Assembly: GCA_031296165.1 (NCBI GenBank) | Contig: JARLGF010000140.1 | Coordinates: forward strand, 7,775 to 71,774 | Origin: Terracidiphilus sp. | Lineage (GTDB): Bacteria > Acidobacteriota > Terriglobia > Terriglobales > Acidobacteriaceae | Reading direction: 5' to 3' | DNA: 64,000 bases | Part shown: positions 10,499 through 18,777 of the stretch, piece after piece | How positions within the stretch are numbered: position 1 is the first letter of the stretch | Layout: each line of letters opens with the position of its first letter | Translations under genes and position numbers: made by a program | Notes under the pieces: model-generated | Database searches by the model: none | Seen by the model: the letters and a program-made list of their open reading frames with translations, nothing else | Told to the model about the DNA's origin: nothing

Positions 10499-11280
10499 AA
10501 ACTTATATAGATTGTTGGAGCAGCGTCGCTACGGCTCTATTCTCACAGGCCCTGGCCGGAGAGCCGGAACTTGCCGAGTCGCTGCCGAAGCCGTTGGCGG
10601 CAGGTTCGTTTGCATTTGCGGCCACCCTTTCCGGAGACCAGGAGGGCCGCTTTTCTGTAGTTCTCGATGGTGCGATTCTGGAGTCGCCGCTGATGGGCGA
10701 AGGCGTGGACCAGAAGGCTGCATGGGGTGAATTGCTGCGCGAGGTAGCCGATGCCGCAGCCGGTGAACTGCTGGCCACGAGCGGGCAAACCTGCCGCGTG
10801 GACAAGTTCGAGGAGACCTCCGGGGAGAGCCAGGTCTCCCGTGCTTTCCAGTTGCGTTCCGGCGAGCGCAGTTGGACGATCCTGATCCGCGACGAGGTGC
10901 ACACACCCCGGCCGGTCGTGCAGGCAGAGAAAGGATCATCCGCTGTGTCCGAACCGGAGCCTCCTGGGCCTTCGAATACTGGAGCAACCCCGAGTCCGGA
11001 AGCAGCATTGAGCCCGGGTATTGAACTGCTGCTCGACGTCGAACTCGAGGCTTCGTTGCGCTTTGGCTGCCGCGAGCTGCCACTCGGCGAGATCCTCGAC
11101 CTGGGACCGGGAGATGTGGTGCAGTTGGACCGCCACGTCACCGACCCGGTCGACTTGATTGTGGGTGACAAGATCGTAGCGCGTGGCGAGGTGGTGCTGG
11201 TCAACGGCAACTTCGGCCTGCGCATTACCGAGGTGGCCGCGCCCAGGAAGCGGCTGGAGACGATTCGATGCCTTTTCTAA
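10495..11280 (+). CDS. fliN: Flagellar motor switch protein FliN with N-terminal extension
   Basis: C-terminal LLDVELEASLRFG..GDVVQLDR..ARGEVVLVNGNFGLRITEV; ATGA overlap with fliM. Confidence 0.9.
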   Translation: MKTYIDCWSSVATALFSQALAGEPELAESLPKPLAAGSFAFAATLSGDQEGRFSVVLDGAILESPLMGEGVDQKAAWGELLREVADAAAGELLATSGQTCRVDKFEETSGESQVSRAFQLRSGERSWTILIRDEVHTPRPVVQAEKGSSAVSEPEPPGPSNTGATPSPEAALSPGIELLLDVELEASLRFGCRELPLGEILDLGPGDVVQLDRHVTDPVDLIVGDKIVARGEVVLVNGNFGLRITEVAAPRKRLETIRCLF

Positions 11281-12230
11281 ACCGCAAGCCGACAGCACAA
11301 GCGCAAAACCTCTCCGATGTCGCACTGCAGGATCTATCGACGCCGGAGTTGCAGCTTGGCAATGCTGCGCCTCGCCGGCCGGGACGCGCAGCGACCGGGA
11401 TGCGGTCGGGACTCTTTGAAACCTGTGCCAACCCTGGCTGCTCTTCAGGTTGGCTTCACCTCTGGCGCAGCCGTTCGGCGCCGGTCTTTGAAGGCGGCTG
11501 GAACTGCTCGCCCGAATGCACCAGGGCGCGGATCGGGACCGCGCTTGGCCGCGAGATGGACGGGCGGGGTAATGCGCAGGAGAGCCACCGGCATCGCATT
11601 CCACTCGGTTTGGTGATGCTCGAACAGGGTTGGATTACCTCCGGTCAACTGCGTCAGGCGTTGGAGGCGCAGAAGGCAGCCGGCGCTGGCCGGCTGGGCC
11701 ACTGGCTGGTGCGCCAGCAGGGCGTGAGCGAGCAGTTGGTGACACGGGCTCTGGGGTTGCAATGGAGCTGTCCGGTGCTGTCCATCGAGTTGCACGACGC
11801 CGAGGCGCTTACCGCAGTTGTGCCCCGTCTCTTTGTAGATGCCTTCGGAGCGCTCCCCCTGCGCGTGGCTGCGGGCAGAATCCTTTATATGGGCTTCGAG
11901 GACAGGCTCGATCCGGTACTGTCCCTGGCTGTCGAACGGATGACGGGGTTGCGCGTCGAGAGCGGGCTGGTGCAGGGGTCGCTCTTCCGTGCTGCGCACA
12001 CTCGCATGTTGAATGCGGTTTTTCCGGCCGTGGAGCTGATTGAGGCAGCAACGGAGCCAGCGCTGGTCCACGTTCTTGCAAAATCGATTGAGCGGGCCCG
12101 GCCGGTTGAGTCCCGTCTGGTCCGGGTGCACGACTGCTTGTGGCTCAGGATGTGGCTGCGTCCTCAGACCGGTCCAGTGCCGGAGGCTGCGGCAGTTCAA
12201 GACCTGATTTGTTCGGTTGGCACACAGTGA
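11268..12230 (+). CDS. Stand-alone MshEN/GSPII-E N-terminal-domain protein (putative c-di-GMP receptor)
   Basis: Tandem motifs PLGLVMLEQGWITSGQLRQALEAQ and RLGHWLVRQQGVSEQLVTRALGLQ, then a GSPII-E-like segment (FGALPLRV..LYMGFED); no Walker motifs seen. Confidence 0.75.
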   Translation: MPFLNRKPTAQAQNLSDVALQDLSTPELQLGNAAPRRPGRAATGMRSGLFETCANPGCSSGWLHLWRSRSAPVFEGGWNCSPECTRARIGTALGREMDGRGNAQESHRHRIPLGLVMLEQGWITSGQLRQALEAQKAAGAGRLGHWLVRQQGVSEQLVTRALGLQWSCPVLSIELHDAEALTAVVPRLFVDAFGALPLRVAAGRILYMGFEDRLDPVLSLAVERMTGLRVESGLVQGSLFRAAHTRMLNAVFPAVELIEAATEPALVHVLAKSIERARPVESRLVRVHDCLWLRMWLRPQTGPVPEAAAVQDLICSVGTQ

Positions 12231-12294
12231 ACGCGCCTTCCCGACGTTAGGCGGAACCGATCCGTTCATGAAGATCCACTCATAAACGATCGGC

Positions 12295-12321
12295 TCAAGC
12301 ATTGCACAGAAGAGCCGATAG
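12295..12321 (+). promoter_or_regulatory. sigma28 (FliA) promoter of cheY-cheX
   Basis: TCAA-N15-GCCGATAG versus consensus TAAA-N15-GCCGATAA, 24 bp before the cheY ATG. Confidence 0.75.
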
Positions 12322-12345
12322 AGACAGTAGTTGAGGAGTCTGGGA

Positions 12346-12729
12346 ATGGCTGAAATTCGAGCTTTGATCGTTGACGATTCCACGGTGATGCGCAAGATTG
12401 TGGAGCGCGCGCTCCGCCAGGCGGGGCTGGACCCGCTGGTGGTGCATGAGGCTGGCAGCGGCATCGAAGGACTGGAAGTCCTGCGGACCAAGAAGGTTGA
12501 CCTGATCCTTTCCGACATCAATATGCCCTCGATGGATGGGCTGGAGTTTCTGCGCCAGTTGCGTGCGCAGGATCTGGCTCCCGGTGTCCCGGTGGTGATG
12601 ATTACCACCGAATCCAGCGAGGAACATGTCAAGCAGGCCATTCTGTCCGGAGCGCAAGGGTACATCCGGAAGCCGTTTACGGCCGAACAAGTGAAAGAGC
12701 GGGTACTGCCGCTGGTGCATGCGGCGTAG
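12346..12729 (+). CDS. cheY: CheY-like single-domain response regulator
   Basis: LIVDDSTVMR, DINMPSMDGLE, MITTE, YIRKPFT; RBS GAGGAG upstream of ATG 12346; adjacent to cheX. Confidence 0.9.
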   Translation: MAEIRALIVDDSTVMRKIVERALRQAGLDPLVVHEAGSGIEGLEVLRTKKVDLILSDINMPSMDGLEFLRQLRAQDLAPGVPVVMITTESSEEHVKQAILSGAQGYIRKPFTAEQVKERVLPLVHAA

Positions 12730-12804
12730 CTGGTGGGAGCCGACATGTTGAATGGTGTGCGTAATGCTGCAATTGCGCGATTGAGCGGGCGCGGTATCAA
12801 CGAA

Positions 12805-13302
12805 ATGGAGCCTACGATGGCGGTATCGTTGCGTGAATCTGTGCAACTGGTCTCCGATCCTCGGAACCTGGATGCGAGTGTGGAAGAGGTCTTTCATCTG
12901 ATGTTGGGCATTAACTGTCGGCGGGACGCCTCGCCGGCAGTCCAGGAGCCGGAGTCGGTCACCGCAGTGGTTGGTTTTGGCGGGCTGTTGAGTGGGGCCT
13001 GCGTCTTCAAGAGCGGCAGCTCGGGGGCGATGAAGATCGCCGCCTATATGACCGGGATGGAGTTCACCGAGGTTGACGATACCGTCAAGGACGGGATCGG
13101 CGAGATCTGCAACATGCTGGCCGGAGCGTGGAAGGGCAAGGTCCCCAACCTGGCCGCTAACTGCGGGCTGTCGGTTCCCGCCGTCATTACCGGTCGGGAC
13201 TACAACCTCCATGTTCAGGCTCCCGAGTTCCAGTTGCACCACGCCTATCGCTTCGAGGATCTGAGCTTTGCCGTAACCATTGTCTGCGACGGCCTGCAGT
13301 AA
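12805..13302 (+). CDS. cheX: Chemotaxis phosphatase CheX
   Basis: DGIGEICNMLAG (E-x2-N motif), LSVPAVITG. Start uncertain (12733/12805/12817). Confidence 0.9.
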   Translation: MEPTMAVSLRESVQLVSDPRNLDASVEEVFHLMLGINCRRDASPAVQEPESVTAVVGFGGLLSGACVFKSGSSGAMKIAAYMTGMEFTEVDDTVKDGIGEICNMLAGAWKGKVPNLAANCGLSVPAVITGRDYNLHVQAPEFQLHHAYRFEDLSFAVTIVCDGLQ

Positions 13303-13502
13303 CCTGGGCTGTTGCACGGTTTCGCTCAAGTTGGACGCTACGCGCTCCAAGCCCCTTGGGGCGCGTGGCGTTCCGGTGTACCCTGCGACAGGTCTTCGTC
13401 GCAGGCATTGCGATTTCACTTGGGAACAATTGAGCACCCTGTTAGCCCCTGTCTATTCCTGTCGCCGATTCTGATGTTGTTCTAATCTATCGCCCCTTCC
13501 CG

Positions 13503-13519
13503 CGGCTCTCTACCTGCAA
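13503..13519 (+). promoter_or_regulatory. Candidate sigma54 promoter of the flgFG operon
   Basis: CGGCTCTCTACCTGCAA: GG(13504-05)-N10-GC(13516-17), about 30 bp before flgF. Confidence 0.5.
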
Positions 13520-13548
13520 CTCTTCCAGGCTGACAGGAGAAGAAGCCG

Positions 13549-14286
13549 ATGGACAGTGGATATTATGCGGCGTTGACCGGTTTGGTGGCGCGCACCCAGG
13601 CGCTCGACACAGCGGCCGCCAACCTGGCTAATGCGCAGACGCCCGGTTACCGGGCCGAGCGTGAATTCTTCCGCTCCGCACTGATGGGGCCCGACGCCGC
13701 GGACTCGCAACTTGGCCAGACGGTGAACAACTACGGGCTGTTGGGCGGTGACCGGCTAAACATGGCACAAGGTGCGCTGCAACAGACCGGCAATCCCCTT
13801 GATCTTGCGATTGAAGGGGATGGTTTTTTCCAAATCCAGACCGCCAACGGCCTCCGCTATACCCGCGACGGCGGCTTCCATCGCGCCAGGAACGGGCAGT
13901 TGGTCACGGCAGCCGGTGAGACGGTGTTATCGACAACCGGCCAGCCGATCGCCGTGCCGCCGGGCGAGGTGTCGGTGGGCGCCGACGGAGCTTTGTCGGT
14001 AGCTGGCGGAACGGTAGCCTCTGTAGGAATCTTCACCTTTCCCTCTGGCGCTCAATTGACCCCCGAAGGCGCCAATCGCTATGTTGCGCCTGCGGGGAGC
14101 AAGCCGGTGCTGTCGAAGACATCTGCGATTCATCAGGGAGCTATCGAGTCCGCCAATCAGGATGTCATCCAGGGATCGCTGGATCTGATTGTGATGCAGC
14201 GTCAGGCGGAGATGATGCAGAAGGCGCTCACCGTCTTCCACAGCGAGTTCAACAAGATTGCGACCGAGGATTTGCCTAGGATTTAA
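13549..14286 (+). CDS. flgF: Flagellar basal-body rod protein FlgF
   Basis: ANLANAQTPGY, TGNPLDLAIEGDGFF, YTRDGGF, QGAIESAN; precedes flgG. Confidence 0.88.
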   Translation: MDSGYYAALTGLVARTQALDTAAANLANAQTPGYRAEREFFRSALMGPDAADSQLGQTVNNYGLLGGDRLNMAQGALQQTGNPLDLAIEGDGFFQIQTANGLRYTRDGGFHRARNGQLVTAAGETVLSTTGQPIAVPPGEVSVGADGALSVAGGTVASVGIFTFPSGAQLTPEGANRYVAPAGSKPVLSKTSAIHQGAIESANQDVIQGSLDLIVMQRQAEMMQKALTVFHSEFNKIATEDLPRI

Positions 14287-14321
14287 GGGTAAGTCTCTAT
14301 TTCAAGTCGAGGAGAAAAAAC

Positions 14322-15110
14322 ATGATTCGAGCCTTGTATACCGCCGCCAGCGGCATGAGTGCGCAGCAGATGAACCTGGATACGATCGCCAACAACCTGG
14401 CCAACTCCTCGACCACTGGATTTAGACAGTTGCGCCTGCAGTTTCAGGACATGGTTTATCAGAATCTGGTGACACCGGGAGCGGCACAGAGCCAGTCCAC
14501 AGTATCGGCTGGGTTGCAGATCGGGTTGGGAACAAAATCGGCGGCTACCGAGGTGATCAACACGCAGGGATCACCTGATCAGACCGGCAATCAATATGAC
14601 GTTATGATCCAGGGTACAGGATTCTTCCAGGTGCAGCGTCCGGACGGAACCATCGCCTACACCCGCGCCGGCCAGTTTCATCTCAACAATCAAGGCACCA
14701 TCGTGACCACCGACGGCGATCCTGTGATTCCTACCATTACCATTCCGTCTAACGCCACCGCTGTGACAATTACCCAGTACGGCGTGGTGAATGCGACGCT
14801 GGCCGGACAGCAGAACCCCTCGCAGCTGGGACAGTTGCAACTGGCAACTTTCCCCAATCCGGGGGGGCTGGAAAGTCTGGGATCGAATTTGCTGCAGGCC
14901 ACGCTCAGCTCCGGCGACGCGGTGCTGGGCAACCCGGGAGGAACCGAAGGCATGGGGACGCTGGAGCAGGGATATCTCGAAAACTCCAATGTGGATGTGG
15001 TTACCGAGTTCGTGCAGATGGTGCTGGCACAGAGGGCTTATGAATCGAACTCGAAGGTTATCAAGGCCGCCGATGATATGTACTCCCAAGTCAACAACAT
15101 GACGCATTGA
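14322..15110 (+). CDS. flgG: Flagellar basal-body distal rod protein FlgG
   Basis: MIRALYTAASGM..IANNLAN, GLQIGLG, QGYLENSNVDVV..AQRAYESNSKVI. Confidence 0.97.
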   Translation: MIRALYTAASGMSAQQMNLDTIANNLANSSTTGFRQLRLQFQDMVYQNLVTPGAAQSQSTVSAGLQIGLGTKSAATEVINTQGSPDQTGNQYDVMIQGTGFFQVQRPDGTIAYTRAGQFHLNNQGTIVTTDGDPVIPTITIPSNATAVTITQYGVVNATLAGQQNPSQLGQLQLATFPNPGGLESLGSNLLQATLSSGDAVLGNPGGTEGMGTLEQGYLENSNVDVVTEFVQMVLAQRAYESNSKVIKAADDMYSQVNNMTH

Positions 15111-15123
15111 AGCTGAAGGAACG

Positions 15124-15690
15124 ATGGAAACTTGCAGCACTGGAGACAGAATGAGTACAGGATGGCTGAAAGGATGGGTATGGGGAGCGATCACAGTTGG
15201 TGCGCTTTCGGTCCATGGCCAGGCGGTGCGCGTGACCTCTGCCGGCGGGGCGAATTCCGCTCCTCAGGTTCTACCTGCGCTATCCGCCTCTGTTCCTCAA
15301 CCGGGGCCTGTGTATGGCGGGCCTGTACGCGAAATCGACGACCCGCATACCGGTGACCGCTGGCTGTTGCAGCGCGATTCCAGTCGTCCGGGAGGTCCGG
15401 GCCGCCTGGTGCTGCTCGGAAGCCGGGGGTACGACGCCAAGCACGATTGGCCGGGAGGTTCGGAGACGGCGTCTGCGCAGGTGCTGCTCGCTCCGGTCAT
15501 TCACGCCGGTGAGCGGCTGATCGTTGAAGAAGACACGGCAGTGGTCAGTTCTCGTTTGGAGGCCGTGGCGCTGGGACCGGCTGCCATCGGGGCTACTTTG
15601 GAGGTGCGGTTGAAGATTGGCGGCAAATTGCTGCAGGCAGTGGCTCTGGCTCCGGGGCGTGCGGCTTTACAGATGGAGGCACGGCCATGA
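15124..15690 (+). CDS. flgA: FlgA-like P-ring assembly chaperone
   Basis: Position between flgG and flgH; C-terminus PVIHAGERL..EAVALGPAAIGATLEVRL..LQAVALAPG resembles the FlgA C-domain; signal peptide-like N-terminus. Confidence 0.65.
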   Translation: METCSTGDRMSTGWLKGWVWGAITVGALSVHGQAVRVTSAGGANSAPQVLPALSASVPQPGPVYGGPVREIDDPHTGDRWLLQRDSSRPGGPGRLVLLGSRGYDAKHDWPGGSETASAQVLLAPVIHAGERLIVEEDTAVVSSRLEAVALGPAAIGATLEVRLKIGGKLLQAVALAPGRAALQMEARP

Positions 15691-16421
15691 TATCCGGGCG
15701 TTTTGCGGCGGTAGTCTTCTGCGTATCGATGGCACTTTTGGTGGCGCTGCCTGCACAAGGCATGGGCAAGAAGCAGAATCCGTTTTCGCCAGCAGCCAAA
15801 CCGACTCCTCCGGAGGAGGCTTTGCACTCCTACATTGACCGAGTGAGGGCGCAGCAGGCGGCGGAGGTGAGAACGCCGGGCTCGATCTGGAGTCCGGAGG
15901 GACGGCTGGTGCGGCTGGGCACCGACGCCAAGGCGGTCCGTCTACACGACGTAGTCTCGGTTGTAGTCACCGAGAGCCTGGCAGCCTCGACCGATGGGCA
16001 GGTCAAGAACTCCAGATCCTCGAATGCCAGTTCCGCGCTGTCCTCGCTGTTCGGCAAGTTGAAGACTGCAAACAATATGCAAAATCTGCTCGGCATGACC
16101 GCAGCTTCAGGTCTGACGGCACAGGGGCAAAGTACGACCAATTCGAGCCTGGCGACCACCTTCGGCGCCGAGGTGGTCGACGTGCTGCCCAACGGGATGC
16201 TGGTGGTACAGGCTACGCGGCAGTTGACCTTTTCGCAGCAGACGCAGTTGATCAAGCTGCGCGGGCTGGTGCGCCCCGAAGATGTCAGTTCGCAGAACGA
16301 AGTGCAGTCGACAGCCATGACCGACCTGGAGCTGGAAGTGACAGGCAAGGGAATCGTCAACGATTCCACCTACCGGCAAAACCCGGTGGTGCGCTTTCTT
16401 GAGAAGATGCTGGTGTTTTAA
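15687..16421 (+). CDS. flgH: Flagellar L-ring protein FlgH
   Basis: DVVSVVVTE, VVDVLPNGML, LRGLVRPEDV..NEVQS. Confidence 0.93.
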   Translation: MISGRFAAVVFCVSMALLVALPAQGMGKKQNPFSPAAKPTPPEEALHSYIDRVRAQQAAEVRTPGSIWSPEGRLVRLGTDAKAVRLHDVVSVVVTESLAASTDGQVKNSRSSNASSALSSLFGKLKTANNMQNLLGMTAASGLTAQGQSTTNSSLATTFGAEVVDVLPNGMLVVQATRQLTFSQQTQLIKLRGLVRPEDVSSQNEVQSTAMTDLELEVTGKGIVNDSTYRQNPVVRFLEKMLVF

Positions 16422-16486
16422 GAGCAGGGATAAGGCAAGGTGGAACAGGGAATAGAAACCTGCAGGTATCGAGAGCAGTACTACGT

Positions 16487-17689
16487 ATGCAGGAGCGTTT
16501 GGCCAGGCGGGGATGGACGATGCGAAGGATGAGGGTGAGAACGTTCGAGGAGCATTCGGGAATATCCGTCTGGCGCTGGGTTGTGCTGGGGATAACGCTG
16601 GCGCTGGCCGCGGTGCTGGCCCGTGCAGAATCTGCTCCGCAGTTGGCGCGGGTCAAGGATGTTGCTTCCATCGAGGGGATTCGGGACAACCAACTGGTGG
16701 GCTATGGGCTGGTGGTGGGATTGCGAGGCACCGGGGACAGTTCGCAGACGGTTTTTCCGGCGCAGACGCTGATTTCGGCGCTTGAGCGGATGGGTATCAC
16801 AGTTCCGCGAACTGGCTCGAACAGCGCCAGCAACATGCAGGTCAAGAACATGGCCGCGGTGTTTGTGGTGGCCACCCTGCCGCCGTTCAGCCGGCCCGGC
16901 TACAAGATGGATATCACGGTCTCTTCGGCCGGGGATGCCCGATCGCTCGAAGGAGGCATTCTGCTGATGACCCCACTCTACGGTCCAGACGGCCAGATTT
17001 ACGCCCAGGCCCAGGGAGCACTGGTGCTGGGCGGCTACATGGCTTCGTCAGGGGGAAGTAGCCGGCAGATGAATCACCCGACTACCGGGCGTATCCCCGA
17101 TGGGGCGCTGGTGGAGCGGCCTGTCCCATTTGATTTGAAGCAGATGCACACGGTCAGCGTAGTGTTGAACGACGCCGACTTTCATACGGCCGAGCAGATG
17201 GCGGCAGCGATCAACCGGACATTGGGATCGGCCCGTGCTCACGCTGTCGACAGCCGGCGCGTGGAAATCACTGCGAAGCCGGATGAAGACATAGCGGCCT
17301 TACTGGACAGGGTGGAGGACATCGAGGTGGATGTTTATCCGCGGGCCCGCGTGGTGGTCAACGAGAGAACCGGAACGGTGGTTATTGGGGGTACAGTGCG
17401 CCTGCAGCCGGTTTCAATTCTGCATGGGGGATTGAGTGTGAATGTGATCTCCGAGACCAAGGTGTCCCAGCCTAACGCATACTCCACGGGAACAACGCAA
17501 GTGGTGCAACAGACCACCGTTCAGGCCCAGGACAAGCCGGTGAACCGTATCGATCTGAAGGAAGGCGCGACGGTAGAGGATTTGGTCCAGGAATTGCAAC
17601 GTACGGGAGCGGGAGCGAGAGATGTGATTTCAATCCTGCAGGCTATGAAGGAAGCCGGGGCGCTGGAAGCAGACCTGGAGGTGCTGTGA
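16487..17689 (+). CDS. flgI: Flagellar P-ring protein FlgI
   Basis: RVKDVASIEGIRDNQLVGYGLVVGLRGTGD, ARVVVNERTGTVV, ILQAMKEAGALEADL. Start may be slightly downstream. Confidence 0.97.
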   Translation: MQERLARRGWTMRRMRVRTFEEHSGISVWRWVVLGITLALAAVLARAESAPQLARVKDVASIEGIRDNQLVGYGLVVGLRGTGDSSQTVFPAQTLISALERMGITVPRTGSNSASNMQVKNMAAVFVVATLPPFSRPGYKMDITVSSAGDARSLEGGILLMTPLYGPDGQIYAQAQGALVLGGYMASSGGSSRQMNHPTTGRIPDGALVERPVPFDLKQMHTVSVVLNDADFHTAEQMAAAINRTLGSARAHAVDSRRVEITAKPDEDIAALLDRVEDIEVDVYPRARVVVNERTGTVVIGGTVRLQPVSILHGGLSVNVISETKVSQPNAYSTGTTQVVQQTTVQAQDKPVNRIDLKEGATVEDLVQELQRTGAGARDVISILQAMKEAGALEADLEVL

Positions 17690-18048
17690 TGCAATCCATA
17701 GCGGCAATTGCGACGGCAGGTGGCGTGGCGGATCAGGCTACGCCGCAACCGCGGCTGGTGCGGGCCGCACACGAGTTCGAGGCACAGATGATGAACGAGT
17801 TGATGAAGCCTATGACGCACGGCAGCTCGTTGACCGGAGAGGATGACGATTCCGATTCTGGTTCCGGCTCCGGCGGAGCGCTGGGAGAGTTTGCGTCTGA
17901 GGCTATGGGGAAAGCGCTGAGCGAGCATGGCGGCTTCGGCATTGCCAGCAGTATTATCAAGGACCTTTCCCATACTGGTAATCAGAATGGGGCTATGCTG
18001 GTAACCGGGAAACTGCACGGAAATACCGTCATGAGATCTCTTAAATGA
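17686..18048 (+). CDS. flgJ: FlgJ-like rod-capping protein (rod-binding domain only)
   Basis: LVRAAHEFEAQMMNELMKPM..ALSEHGGFGIA after flgI; no muramidase domain. Confidence 0.75.
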   Translation: MMQSIAAIATAGGVADQATPQPRLVRAAHEFEAQMMNELMKPMTHGSSLTGEDDDSDSGSGSGGALGEFASEAMGKALSEHGGFGIASSIIKDLSHTGNQNGAMLVTGKLHGNTVMRSLK

Positions 18049-18049
18049 C

Positions 18050-18077
18050 TACAGTGATTAGTAAACATGAACGATAA
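18050..18077 (+). promoter_or_regulatory. Weak candidate sigma28 promoter of flgM
   Basis: TACA-N16-AACGATAA; mismatches in both boxes and a 1 bp longer spacer, but in the expected position. Confidence 0.35.
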
Positions 18078-18097
18078 ACCAATCAAGGAGCAATGAC

Positions 18098-18397
18098 ATG
18101 GACATTCGGAGCAGTCTTGATGGATTGAAGTCTCTCTTGGGGGTGGCACCGGCAGCACCGGCAGCTACGCAGCAGACCAAGAGCAGCAGTAGTGCGGCGA
18201 GCGGGAGCGCACTGAGTAGTGACCTGGCGACCTTCAGCAGCGCAGGGAGTGAGGCATCCCTGACCGCGACCGAATCCGGCGTGCGCACCGACAAGGTTAC
18301 TGCGGTGCAGGCGGCGCTGGCGGCAGGAACTTACAATGTGCCGGCGTCGGCGGTGGCGTCCAAAGTGGTGGATGCCATGCTGGGCAGTCAACAGTAG
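18098..18397 (+). CDS. flgM: Anti-sigma28 factor FlgM
   Basis: C-terminal VRTDKVTAVQAALAAGTYNVPASAVASKVVD; RBS AAGGAG. Confidence 0.9.
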   Translation: MDIRSSLDGLKSLLGVAPAAPAATQQTKSSSSAASGSALSSDLATFSSAGSEASLTATESGVRTDKVTAVQAALAAGTYNVPASAVASKVVDAMLGSQQ

Positions 18398-18426
18398 CCC
18401 GGCTGGGAACGAAAGGGAAGAGGGCA

Positions 18427-18777
18427 ATGCAGGAGCTAGGGACGCGCCGACAGCATGCGGATCTGAAGGAACTGGTCGTAGAAGCATCGCGGGCACTGGC
18501 CCGCCTGGATGCGGATCGGCTGGAAGAACTGGCTCTGTCATGCCAGGCACTGAATCGTGAACTGGTGCCGGAAGGCGCAGGCTGGCGCGCGGAAATGGTC
18601 CGCCAGGCTCGGGAGGCGAAGGGAGATATAGCGGTGTTTGCTCGAGTGCTGGAGGCAACGCGGGCAAATCTTGATGTGATGAACCGGCTGCGGGAGTTGC
18701 GTGCGGGCCGGGTGGGGTATGGTGAACGCCTGGCGCGTGGATGGGTGCGGACGGAGGGCGGACATGGGGACAATTAG
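18427..18777 (+). CDS. Helical protein in the FlgN position (putative FlgK/FlgL chaperone)
   Basis: 116 aa amphipathic-helix-like ORF between flgM and flgK, overlapping the flgK start; positional inference only. Confidence 0.5.
   Translation: MQELGTRRQHADLKELVVEASRALARLDADRLEELALSCQALNRELVPEGAGWRAEMVRQAREAKGDIAVFARVLEATRANLDVMNRLRELRAGRVGYGERLARGWVRTEGGHGDN

Noticed and set aside
11445-13437. Long minus-strand ORFs (451 aa, 380 aa) opposite the MshEN, cheY and cheX genes
   Set aside because: Antisense shadows typical of GC-rich coding DNA; no motifs.
16440-16465. sigma54-like site before flgI
   Set aside because: GG-to-GC spacing is 11, not 10.
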